IMG/VR virus record: IMGVR_UViG_3300023174_000058
Location: 64,001 to 128,000 of that record
Strand: one strand, 5' to 3'
Origin: a virus
DNA: 64,000 nucleotides
Shown: positions 18,060 through 26,287 of the stretch, one piece after another
Layout: every line of letters begins with the position of its first letter
Position numbering within the stretch: the first letter of the stretch is position 1
Position numbers and translations under genes: made by a program
The notes under the pieces: model-generated
Told to the model about the DNA's origin: nothing
Databases searched by the model: none
The model's input: only the letters and a program-made list of their open reading frames with translations

Positions 18060-18713
18060 ATGAATAAATTAATTATATTTGGCGATAAAGATTTAGCTGA
18101 GTTGGCTAATTTTTATATAAATAATGAAAAAAAATACGAAATAGAGTGCTTTACGGTACACAAAAGCTTTCTTACAAAAGAAACCTTCTGCGATAAACCG
18201 GTGATACCTTTTGAAGATATAGAAAAAAAATATTCTCCAAATGAGTATAAAATATTTGCACCAATGACAGGTGTAAGGATGAATGGCATTAGAACAAATA
18301 TTTATCAAGAAGCAAAGAATAAAGGGTATAAATTTATTTCTTATATAAGCCCGAAATGTACTAATTTTGCTTCTAAAATTGGAGAAAATTGTTTTATTTT
18401 AGAAGATAATACTCTACAACCATTTGTAGAAATAGGTAACAATGTTGTAATGTGGAGCGGTAATCATATAGGGCATCATAGCGTGATAAGAGACAATGCA
18501 TTCTTTACATCTCATGTTGTATTGTCCGGTCACTGCGACGTTGGAGAAAACTCTTGGTTTGGAGTCAACGCTACTATTAGAGATCAGATAAAAATAGGAA
18601 AATATTCTTTAATAGCTATGGGCAGTTTAGTGACAAAAAACACAGATGAAAATGGTTTCTACATGGGAAGCCCAGCTAAAAAACAAGAAAAAAAATCTAC
18701 AGAGGTTTATTGA
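18060..18713 (+). CDS. Hexapeptide-repeat sugar acyltransferase (PglD/NeuD-like)
   Basis: IGENCFI..., IGNNVV, IGHH, VGENSWFG left-handed beta-helix repeats, GSPAK. Confidence 0.9.
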   Translation: MNKLIIFGDKDLAELANFYINNEKKYEIECFTVHKSFLTKETFCDKPVIPFEDIEKKYSPNEYKIFAPMTGVRMNGIRTNIYQEAKNKGYKFISYISPKCTNFASKIGENCFILEDNTLQPFVEIGNNVVMWSGNHIGHHSVIRDNAFFTSHVVLSGHCDVGENSWFGVNATIRDQIKIGKYSLIAMGSLVTKNTDENGFYMGSPAKKQEKKSTEVY

Positions 18714-19612
18714 TGTGGGAAAAGAAGGGCAATATTTTTAGTAAACATTGGGCACAATTACCAGTTGTAGATACCTCTTATGAAAATTTTTGGAGAATAT
18801 TTTATTCTCAAAGAATAGAAAACAAAAGTTATCCTATGTTTGTTGATATAAAAAAAGATAATCCAGTAGAAATTATAAATGAAAGTCAATTACCTATAGT
18901 AACTTTAGGAGAATTAGGAACTTTTGATCAAGCAGGTGTAATGCCTACGGAAATAGTAAGTTTTAATGATAAAAAATATCTTTATTATATTGGTTGGAGC
19001 AATAGAAAAGATGTTCCATATTTTAATACGATAGGGCTGGCAATAAGTGAAGATAACGGTAACACTTTTAAAAAATTTTCTACTGGGCCTGTTTTTGGGT
19101 GCTCTTATAAAGAGCCGGGATATACTGGCACTATAAAAATTTTAATAGAAAAAAATATATGGAAAGCGTGGTATTTATCATGCCGAAAATGGCAAGAAAT
19201 AAATGGTATTGTAGAACCTTTTTATGATATAAAATATGCAGAATCTACAAATGGAATAGATTGGGAACCTCATAATAAAACTTGTATTCATATGGATGAA
19301 GATTTTGCTGGGGTTTCACAAGCGTCTGTTTTAAAAATTGATAATAAATATCATATGTGGTTCTCAGCAAGAAAAAAAACTGATTATAGAACCAATCCTA
19401 ATAATAGCTACAGAATTTATAAAGCTATATCTCAGAACGGAATCGATTGGGAATATGATAAAACTCCTTCTCTGGATGTTTCTGAAACAGGTTGGGATTC
19501 TACTATGGTAGAGTATCCTTATGTAATTTTTGATAAACAAAGTTATTATATGTTTTATAATGGAAATGGGTTTGGCAAAGAAGGAATAGGATACGCAAAA
19601 ATAAAAAAATAA
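18713..19612 (+). CDS. Five-bladed beta-propeller glycoside hydrolase-like protein
   Basis: Repeated Asp-box-like S.DG..W/F motifs, YLYYIGW, C-terminal YMFYNGNGFG..GIGYA. Confidence 0.8.
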   Translation: MWEKKGNIFSKHWAQLPVVDTSYENFWRIFYSQRIENKSYPMFVDIKKDNPVEIINESQLPIVTLGELGTFDQAGVMPTEIVSFNDKKYLYYIGWSNRKDVPYFNTIGLAISEDNGNTFKKFSTGPVFGCSYKEPGYTGTIKILIEKNIWKAWYLSCRKWQEINGIVEPFYDIKYAESTNGIDWEPHNKTCIHMDEDFAGVSQASVLKIDNKYHMWFSARKKTDYRTNPNNSYRIYKAISQNGIDWEYDKTPSLDVSETGWDSTMVEYPYVIFDKQSYYMFYNGNGFGKEGIGYAKIKK

Positions 19613-19634
19613 TAATTTTTCTAAGCACAATAAA

Positions 19635-20381
19635 ATGAAAAAACAATTAAAAGAAGATGGTTATATATTATTAAAAAATTTTTTAGATTTATCTACTCTG
19701 AACGATCTTAAAAAAGAAGCGGAATTATTTTTTTTAAAACAATTTCAAAATCATATTTCAAAAAATATAAAAAAATTTGAAGAAAAATATATGTTTGAGT
19801 TGTTTGAAAAAAATTTTGAAACTTTTCAAAACTGCGGCAAACATATACAACATGGATCTATAAAACTACATTCTCTTGGAATTAATAATAAAATTTTAGA
19901 TATTTTAAAAGAATGTGGGCTAGAATATCCTGCAATAGCTACAAGACCAGTTCTTTTTTTTAATCACCAAAGATTAGCAAAAGATCAAGTATATTATAAA
20001 ACTCCACCTCACCAAGACTGGAACAGTATTAGAGGTTCTAATGATTGTATGATAGTTTGGATACCTTTAGTAGATGTAGATACAACTATGGGAGCATTAC
20101 GAATAGTACCAAAATCTCATACAAGTGGAAGTTTAATGTCTAATGTCGTTGGAGGTTTTGGAGCTGTTTCAAAATATTCTAAAGCAGACTTTATTAATGT
20201 TCCAATGAATAAAGGTGATATATTGATATTTTCTTCTTTTTTGGTGCACGAATCAGGGGAAATGAATACTGATAAAATACGTTGGTCTTGTAATTTTAGG
20301 TATAACAATATTAACGACGAAGATTTCATTAAAAGAAATTATGAATTTTCATATATTTATAAACCAAAAATTAAGGAATAA
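19635..20381 (+). CDS. PhyH-family 2OG/Fe(II) dioxygenase
   Basis: EDGY, PHQD (HxD), VWIPL.D, G.L...P.SH, GD.LIF...LVH.S, R.S. Confidence 0.9.
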   Translation: MKKQLKEDGYILLKNFLDLSTLNDLKKEAELFFLKQFQNHISKNIKKFEEKYMFELFEKNFETFQNCGKHIQHGSIKLHSLGINNKILDILKECGLEYPAIATRPVLFFNHQRLAKDQVYYKTPPHQDWNSIRGSNDCMIVWIPLVDVDTTMGALRIVPKSHTSGSLMSNVVGGFGAVSKYSKADFINVPMNKGDILIFSSFLVHESGEMNTDKIRWSCNFRYNNINDEDFIKRNYEFSYIYKPKIKE

Positions 20382-20383
20382 AA

Positions 20384-21109
20384 ATGAAAAAATTTGGGAT
20401 TGTTATTTGTACATATTATAGAAAAGATGGGTCTTCCTTTTTAAAAGTTTCAAGAGCAATAAAATCAATAGAAAATCAAACAAATAAAGAATGGAAAATT
20501 TTTCTTATTGGTGATCACTATGAAAATGAAGAAGAATTTAAAAAAATAACACAATTATTACCAGAAGAAAAAATTACAGCAATAAATTTGCCATTTGCGG
20601 CGGAAAGAGAATCTGGTTTATTTTCTGGTAATAGCTTGTGGTGTTCTGCTGGAGCTAATGCCTCTAATGCCGGAATTGAGCAAAGCGTAAAAGAAGAGTA
20701 TGATATTCATTGTCATCTGGACGATGATGACATTTGGCTACCAAATCATTTAGAGACTCTACAATTAGCTTACGATAATATGCCCGAGGCTGTATTTGTT
20801 TATACAAACGCTTTATACACCGATCGTGGCGGACACACTACAAGATACCCGGTTGAACAAGTTAGCAATGAAATATTTTATAATAATTTAATGCCAAGAC
20901 CAGAAAAGCTTATTCATTCAAGTGCATCTTGGAAGCTAAAAGTGTTCCCTTTTAGACACAGAAATACTATGGAGCAAGGAAGAATATTCCCCGGAGACGC
21001 AGATATGTGGGAGCGAATAAACTTGTTTTGTAGACAAAATAACCTAAAAACAATCTATGTACCAATTACAACAGTTGTAAAATTTGACGAAGCGAGCATT
21101 CTTAAATGA
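20384..21109 (+). CDS. Glycosyltransferase, GT-A/GT2
   Basis: IVICTY, AIKSIENQT, HLDDDDIWLPNHL, DADMW. Confidence 0.88.
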   Translation: MKKFGIVICTYYRKDGSSFLKVSRAIKSIENQTNKEWKIFLIGDHYENEEEFKKITQLLPEEKITAINLPFAAERESGLFSGNSLWCSAGANASNAGIEQSVKEEYDIHCHLDDDDIWLPNHLETLQLAYDNMPEAVFVYTNALYTDRGGHTTRYPVEQVSNEIFYNNLMPRPEKLIHSSASWKLKVFPFRHRNTMEQGRIFPGDADMWERINLFCRQNNLKTIYVPITTVVKFDEASILK

Positions 21110-21519
21110 AAACGGCATTATTAGCTGGCAATTTTGATATAATTCATCCCGGCTATATTCACACATTTCGTAAAGCAAAAGAATATTGTGATTATTTTGT
21201 AGTTGCTCTACAAACAGATCCAACTATTGAACGTCCAAAAAAAATTAAACCAATACTTTCTTGGGAAGAACGTCAAAACATATTATTATCAATAAAATAC
21301 ATTGATGAAGTTATAAAATATACAACAGAAAATGACTTAATAAATATATTAAAAACTAATCGCTATGATGTTAGAATACTTGGAGATGATTATGTTGGAA
21401 AGTATGCAACTGGTCAAGAATATAGTGATGAAATAGTTTACATAGATCGAGAACACGGTTGGTCAACAACCAAATATAAACATCTTATTTGCAAAAGTTT
21501 ACACGGAGAAAATAAATGA
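21106..21519 (+). CDS. Cytidylyltransferase (TagD-like, HIGH family)
   Basis: GNFDIIHPGY, ER...L.SIKYIDEV, GDDY, R..GWSTT. Confidence 0.88.
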   Translation: MKTALLAGNFDIIHPGYIHTFRKAKEYCDYFVVALQTDPTIERPKKIKPILSWEERQNILLSIKYIDEVIKYTTENDLINILKTNRYDVRILGDDYVGKYATGQEYSDEIVYIDREHGWSTTKYKHLICKSLHGENK

Positions 21520-21698
21520 AGTTATCACAACAGGCAATGGCGTGCGTAATGATGGCACTACAAAAATCGCTTATGGAACAAAGCGATATCGTACCAGTTC
21601 TTTCCAGTTTTGAACTAGAGTTAGTTGGCGAAGAGTTAATGGTAAAAAATCCTCCAACTCAAATTAACGTTCAGCAATCTAAGTTTATGGTGGAATAA
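21516..21698 (+). CDS. Small hypothetical protein
   Basis: GGAG RBS and ATGA coupling. Confidence 0.7.
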   Translation: MKLSQQAMACVMMALQKSLMEQSDIVPVLSSFELELVGEELMVKNPPTQINVQQSKFMVE

Positions 21699-21699
21699 G

Positions 21700-21948
21700 A
21701 TGCCATTTTACGCATACAAATGCGATACGTGCAAAAAAACATTTAAATCCTTTCATACTGCTGATGAATGTGAAACGAAATGTGTTATTTGTTCATCAGA
21801 CAAGATAAACAAACTTGTTGGCACATTACGAACAGTTGTAGAGCAAAATAACAATAGCTCTGCTAAAGAGCGCGTTGAAAAATTTATTGAAGATAGCCGA
21901 CAAACATTAAAAGAACAAATGCAAGAAGCAAGGAAAGAATACAAATGA
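21700..21948 (+). CDS. FmdB-like zinc-ribbon protein
   Basis: MPFYAYKCDTC...CVICSS...KL. Confidence 0.85.
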   Translation: MPFYAYKCDTCKKTFKSFHTADECETKCVICSSDKINKLVGTLRTVVEQNNNSSAKERVEKFIEDSRQTLKEQMQEARKEYK

Positions 21949-22355
21949 TTTATGTTATACTAACGTTATCTTTGGTCGCAAACGGGTTGCTTGTATGGTA
22001 TGTACGTAAATTACTTTCAAAATATTGGGCTGACGTTGAAGTCCGCGAAAAATTTACCGATTTATTAGATCAATACGCAGAATCCTTGCAATCAATATAT
22101 AAAATGGAAGAATTTTATGGCGAAGAAATCCTTAAAAAAGCAATCCAAGAAACGCGTTTTGTCGAAGAAGCGTGTAAAGAATACAAGAAAATCCTCGAAA
22201 CCGAAATTAACGAAAAAGATTATTTCGAAGAAGAAGGTTCTGGTCAAGAAGACACTCAAAACAAAAAAGAAAACAACACAATCCGCCTCAAAGAAGGCGA
22301 AAGTGTCTCGCAAAACGCGGCGGAATACAAAAGGGTCGTCTCGGACCCCTTCTAA
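21945..22355 (+). CDS. Membrane-anchored hypothetical protein with an acidic tail
   Basis: N-terminal TM helix and ATGA coupling to the upstream gene. Confidence 0.75.
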   Translation: MIYVILTLSLVANGLLVWYVRKLLSKYWADVEVREKFTDLLDQYAESLQSIYKMEEFYGEEILKKAIQETRFVEEACKEYKKILETEINEKDYFEEEGSGQEDTQNKKENNTIRLKEGESVSQNAAEYKRVVSDPF

Positions 22356-23121
22356 GCTACCGCCAGAGCCATTACCAATTAAAGCTGCCGCTAAGATAGT
22401 AGCTAAGAAGAATGAATATTTTACAAAAATACACGAAGACGCAATTTTAAAATACGCTACAAGCACTGATAGGCATGAAAAATCAGTTCTTTATGTCACA
22501 TTAATACAGCCAGCTTTTAACGAGATGGTCGATAAGATTGTGTTTACGTATAAGTTTACTTCATTACCAAACATTGAAGATCTAAAAGAAGAATGCAAAA
22601 TATGGCTAACAACCATATTAGATAAATTTGATGTCTCTAAAGGATCAAAAGCGTTTTCGTATTTCTCAGTTATAACAAAAAACTGGTTTATCCATAAAGT
22701 TAAAAAAAATAGTAGCGGTAGAGAAGTTGGCTTAGAAGACATTTCCCAAGAATTTGAAGAAGATAACTTATTTATTCTTAATGAATATGATGAAAAACGC
22801 GAAAAAAAAGAGTTTTGGATTGCCCTATGGCAAGAAATTGACAGTTGGGATAGCGTTAATTTAAAACCAAACGAAAAAAAGGTCTACGAAGCGATAAGGA
22901 TGGTCTTAAAAGACCCTGAAAGTATTGAAATTTTTAATAAAAAAGCTATTTATTTGTACATAAGAGAAATTACTGGTCTTTCAACAAAACAAATAGTAAT
23001 GGGTTTGAAAAAATTTAAAACCAAATATATTTATTTTGTACAGAAATGGAACAGAGGTGGAGTTACGCACCTAAAGGTACAAGAAAATGGCATCGAAGAA
23101 GAAATTACAGGATTTAATTGA
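22117..23121 (+). CDS. Phage sigma-70-like transcription factor (gp55-like region 2) with a Lys-rich N-terminal extension; start uncertain (ATG 22117 or GTG 22303)
   Basis: EDLKEEC...ILDKFDVSKGSKAFSYFSVITKNWF resembles sigma region 2, and the C-terminus is HTH-like (IREITGLSTKQI). Confidence 0.75.
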   Translation: MAKKSLKKQSKKRVLSKKRVKNTRKSSKPKLTKKIISKKKVLVKKTLKTKKKTTQSASKKAKVSRKTRRNTKGSSRTPSKLPPEPLPIKAAAKIVAKKNEYFTKIHEDAILKYATSTDRHEKSVLYVTLIQPAFNEMVDKIVFTYKFTSLPNIEDLKEECKIWLTTILDKFDVSKGSKAFSYFSVITKNWFIHKVKKNSSGREVGLEDISQEFEEDNLFILNEYDEKREKKEFWIALWQEIDSWDSVNLKPNEKKVYEAIRMVLKDPESIEIFNKKAIYLYIREITGLSTKQIVMGLKKFKTKYIYFVQKWNRGGVTHLKVQENGIEEEITGFN

Positions 23122-23383
23122 TAAAAGCATTACAAACATCGAAGATGATCGGGCGACAACCAATAAGTTGTTGACCGATCTTTTGATTTATATGGCTAAA
23201 ACTGGTGATGCCGCTCACAATACGCTTGGGCATGTTGCTGCACAATACCTAGAAACACTACAGCGTAGCAATGAGCAGCTTGTAAAAATAACAGGCATAG
23301 TACAAAAGCAAGAAAGCTCTGTTCGTGGTATGAGTGCTCAAGAAAGAGATGGTTTATTTGATATAATTAAAGAGGATAAATAA
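23087..23383 (+). CDS. Helical hypothetical protein
   Basis: 98-aa ORF with an AAGG RBS. Confidence 0.75.
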   Translation: MASKKKLQDLIDKSITNIEDDRATTNKLLTDLLIYMAKTGDAAHNTLGHVAAQYLETLQRSNEQLVKITGIVQKQESSVRGMSAQERDGLFDIIKEDK

Positions 23384-25321
23384 TTGTCTGTTTTTAATAT
23401 TTTCAACAAAATAAGACAAACTTCTGATTATGACGAATTAAAGCAAGTTTTATTTGATGCAAATAAAAGCATAATTGATCCAAATTCAAGAATAATTGTT
23501 GATCAAACAAATCAATCTTCATTAGCAAACTTTAGAAAATCTATAGAAAAAAATTACGAAGCTAAGGTTATCGAAAAAGATGAATACTTGGGCGTAGTTC
23601 TATTTGTGCCACCACCAGAAACAGATCCACTATCAGGCAGATTAATATATAAGGTTTACGTGGACGTTCCCGGCGTTGATATAGAGGGTATTCCACACCC
23701 AGATATATTTGCTGATGAAACCGCTGATCTTAGTTTTTTAGAACAAAAAGCATTTTACCCAGTTAGTGATTCATTGTTTTTATCAGATTATCCATCCGTT
23801 AATGATATAGTCAGAGTAAAGTTTTCAAAAAATTATTTTAATGGAATTTGTGGCAATCCAACTGACAATGTGTACCTTGGTATATCCATAAAAGGCACCT
23901 ATCTATTTCCAACAACCGATAAACAAATATCAAAACCGGCAGCTGCTTCGTTACAGCTAACTAAAGAAGTGAGAAGAGACTCGTTATTTCAAAAGAAACC
24001 ATCTAATAAACCAAGAGAAGAAGATTTATTAAGTCTTCCGTACAAAGGAGATTTTTTAATTTCAGGACTACCATCTCTTAGAATTAGACCAAATTATGGC
24101 ACATTACAAGGGCATTACGCTTTAGATATCGCCATGTCAGTTGGAACACCAATTTATTCTGTAAATGATCAAGAGGTAATAAACGTCTCAGAACAAAAAG
24201 AAGGCGCTGGAAAATTTGTAAAAACAACTAATGGCATATATAAATATTTATATTTTCATTTAAGCGAGCAAAAAGTTAAAAAAGGAGATATTTTAAAACG
24301 AGGCGATTTAATAGGCTTTTCCGGTAATACTGGCAATACCGAGGGGCCTCATTTGCATTTTGAAGTAAGAGAGATGAATGAAACAAAAGTTAATCCACTT
24401 TATTTATTAAAAGGTGAATTAAAGGTTGATGAAAAAGTAAAAAATACTTTTGGTTTAACCAGTTCTATTCTCAAAGTGCCTTTTCCTCTAGATGAAAATA
24501 TTAATTCTATTGATAAAGTTTCCGTAGATTTAAGCGAAGAGCAACCCACGCCATCAGCGGTCAATCAAAGCCGCCCAAACCAAAGTAACGCAACAAATAA
24601 AAGTAACCCAGTCAATCGACCAAAATTATTGTTAAAAGATTTTATAGTAGATAAAGCAAACGGTATAAAAACTACCGCTTATGTTGGGTCAAAATCTATA
24701 AGGGTAAGAGAAGATTTAATACCTGATTTAACATTAATAAAAGAAAAACTAAATCAATATAACATTGCTCTAACTTGCGAAGACCAAGATATTAAAATAA
24801 TAAACGATAAGTTGTCTTTACTAGGCAAAGCTGGACTAGAAATTAGATTAAATTCCAAAGCGGCTTTGTTTAGTGAAAACAATTTAGACATAGATGATTA
24901 TTTTGTAGGACCAGACTACAATCATCCAATTGGCAATGGTTATAAATTAATAGTTTATGGTAACGTTAGAAGAAACATTAAATATTTTGATGAAACCTAT
25001 GTGCCAGAGAAAAAAGTAATAGAGGTATATGATCCAAAGTCTCTTTCCCCTAATGGACCACCAAAATTAAAAAAGATCTTTAAAAGTGTTATAAATATTA
25101 CAAAAATTTTTGAGGATCAAGGATTCAAAAGCATAAATCCAAGTCAAGAATTCTTTTTATATAGCAATCTAGAAAAAAGCAACTGGAATATATTCCAAAA
25201 ACCAGCAAAAATTACTGTTGGGTATAGTTATAAAGAACTACTTTCAACCGTCTATTACAATAATGGTGAGCCAGCTTGGCAGCTACCAGATATAAAATGG
25301 GATGGTAATAAGTTTATTTAA
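23384..25321 (+). CDS. Probable baseplate hub protein with an M23 peptidoglycan endopeptidase domain
   Basis: M23 motifs HYALD, YFHLS, VKKGD, GNTGNTEGPHLHFE. The N-terminus has a gp5 OB-fold-like PSVNDIVRVKF. TTG start. Confidence 0.8.
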   Translation: MSVFNIFNKIRQTSDYDELKQVLFDANKSIIDPNSRIIVDQTNQSSLANFRKSIEKNYEAKVIEKDEYLGVVLFVPPPETDPLSGRLIYKVYVDVPGVDIEGIPHPDIFADETADLSFLEQKAFYPVSDSLFLSDYPSVNDIVRVKFSKNYFNGICGNPTDNVYLGISIKGTYLFPTTDKQISKPAAASLQLTKEVRRDSLFQKKPSNKPREEDLLSLPYKGDFLISGLPSLRIRPNYGTLQGHYALDIAMSVGTPIYSVNDQEVINVSEQKEGAGKFVKTTNGIYKYLYFHLSEQKVKKGDILKRGDLIGFSGNTGNTEGPHLHFEVREMNETKVNPLYLLKGELKVDEKVKNTFGLTSSILKVPFPLDENINSIDKVSVDLSEEQPTPSAVNQSRPNQSNATNKSNPVNRPKLLLKDFIVDKANGIKTTAYVGSKSIRVREDLIPDLTLIKEKLNQYNIALTCEDQDIKIINDKLSLLGKAGLEIRLNSKAALFSENNLDIDDYFVGPDYNHPIGNGYKLIVYGNVRRNIKYFDETYVPEKKVIEVYDPKSLSPNGPPKLKKIFKSVINITKIFEDQGFKSINPSQEFFLYSNLEKSNWNIFQKPAKITVGYSYKELLSTVYYNNGEPAWQLPDIKWDGNKFI

Positions 25322-25323
25322 TC

Positions 25324-26286
25324 ATGGCTGACGCATTAGTAAAAGATTCTTCAATCCCTCCAAATTTATCCGAAACAGTCTCCAAGATTGTGAGAGATGA
25401 ATTAACAAATTTTACAAACTATTCTGGTATTGCTAACAAAAATCAACTAGAAATAATAACAAACTTCCACCAAACAGACGGCGAAGTGGTTTTACGTGGG
25501 AAGACAAACTCTTTTATAGTGATTGGTCGAGATAGAACAGCTGGAATAGGAAGCGGCAAGGGAGGCTCTGGACACAACCAAGCATCCTCTATCGATCTTA
25601 TCGCTGGTCATGGCGGTACACGACCAGTTGATCAAGTTAATGGAACAAAAATCCTATCAGACAAAAACTTTTCAGCAGACTCAGCACGAATTTATATAAG
25701 CCAAAAATGCGATCTTGATAAAACGCTAGGATTGCCAAGGCAATCAGTTAAAGTTAGCGAAACAACAAAAGTAGACATTAACATCAACGACGGAAGATCA
25801 GGCATCGGCGCAAAAGCAGATTCTATATGTTTAGTTGGTAGAGAAAATATTAAGATTTGCACAATGCATCATGAGTCAAATGCTCGTGGAAAAGAAATTC
25901 ATCCGGGTGGCATTGATATTATTGCTGGTATTGATGATCTTAAAAAATCTTTAATTCCGCAGCCTATGGTTAAGGGCAATAATTTAAAAGAAATGCTTGA
26001 AAAAATACTTGTTTCGTTACAAGACTTACAAAGTTCTGTTACAAATTTTATTGATTTACAAAACTCTTTTAACAATTTAACAATTGATCACGCTCATCAG
26101 TTAATTTCAACAAGCGTTACGGATTCTCCTATACAAAAATCTCAAATGTCTTTAATAAACAAAGATTTATTAAATCAAACTACTTTTCATTTAACAAATA
26201 TGATTTCTTATCAAACACTAGCCGGAACTTATTTAACAGATGGCAAAGAAAAAAGCATCAATAGCCAATACAATAGAGTGAATTAA
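25324..26286 (+). CDS. Probable baseplate central spike/puncturing protein
   Basis: Beta-rich GEVVLRG...IVIG segment and a C-terminal HxH (DHAH) typical of spike tips. Position next to the hub and gp25. Confidence 0.55.
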   Translation: MADALVKDSSIPPNLSETVSKIVRDELTNFTNYSGIANKNQLEIITNFHQTDGEVVLRGKTNSFIVIGRDRTAGIGSGKGGSGHNQASSIDLIAGHGGTRPVDQVNGTKILSDKNFSADSARIYISQKCDLDKTLGLPRQSVKVSETTKVDININDGRSGIGAKADSICLVGRENIKICTMHHESNARGKEIHPGGIDIIAGIDDLKKSLIPQPMVKGNNLKEMLEKILVSLQDLQSSVTNFIDLQNSFNNLTIDHAHQLISTSVTDSPIQKSQMSLINKDLLNQTTFHLTNMISYQTLAGTYLTDGKEKSINSQYNRVN

Positions 26287-26287
26287 A

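Noticed and set aside
19635-20381. TET/JBP-type DNA base oxidase
   Set aside because: The motifs match the PhyH family and the gene sits among sugar-tailoring genes.
8400-21519. Bacterial chromosomal O-antigen locus
   Set aside because: No wzx, wzy, wzm/wzt or initiating transferase, and the cluster is contiguous with phage sigma and baseplate genes.
22092-22466. 124-aa minus-strand ORF across the dual-coding region
   Set aside because: Phe/Val-rich antisense shadow of A-rich sequence. No other credible minus-strand genes are present in the window.
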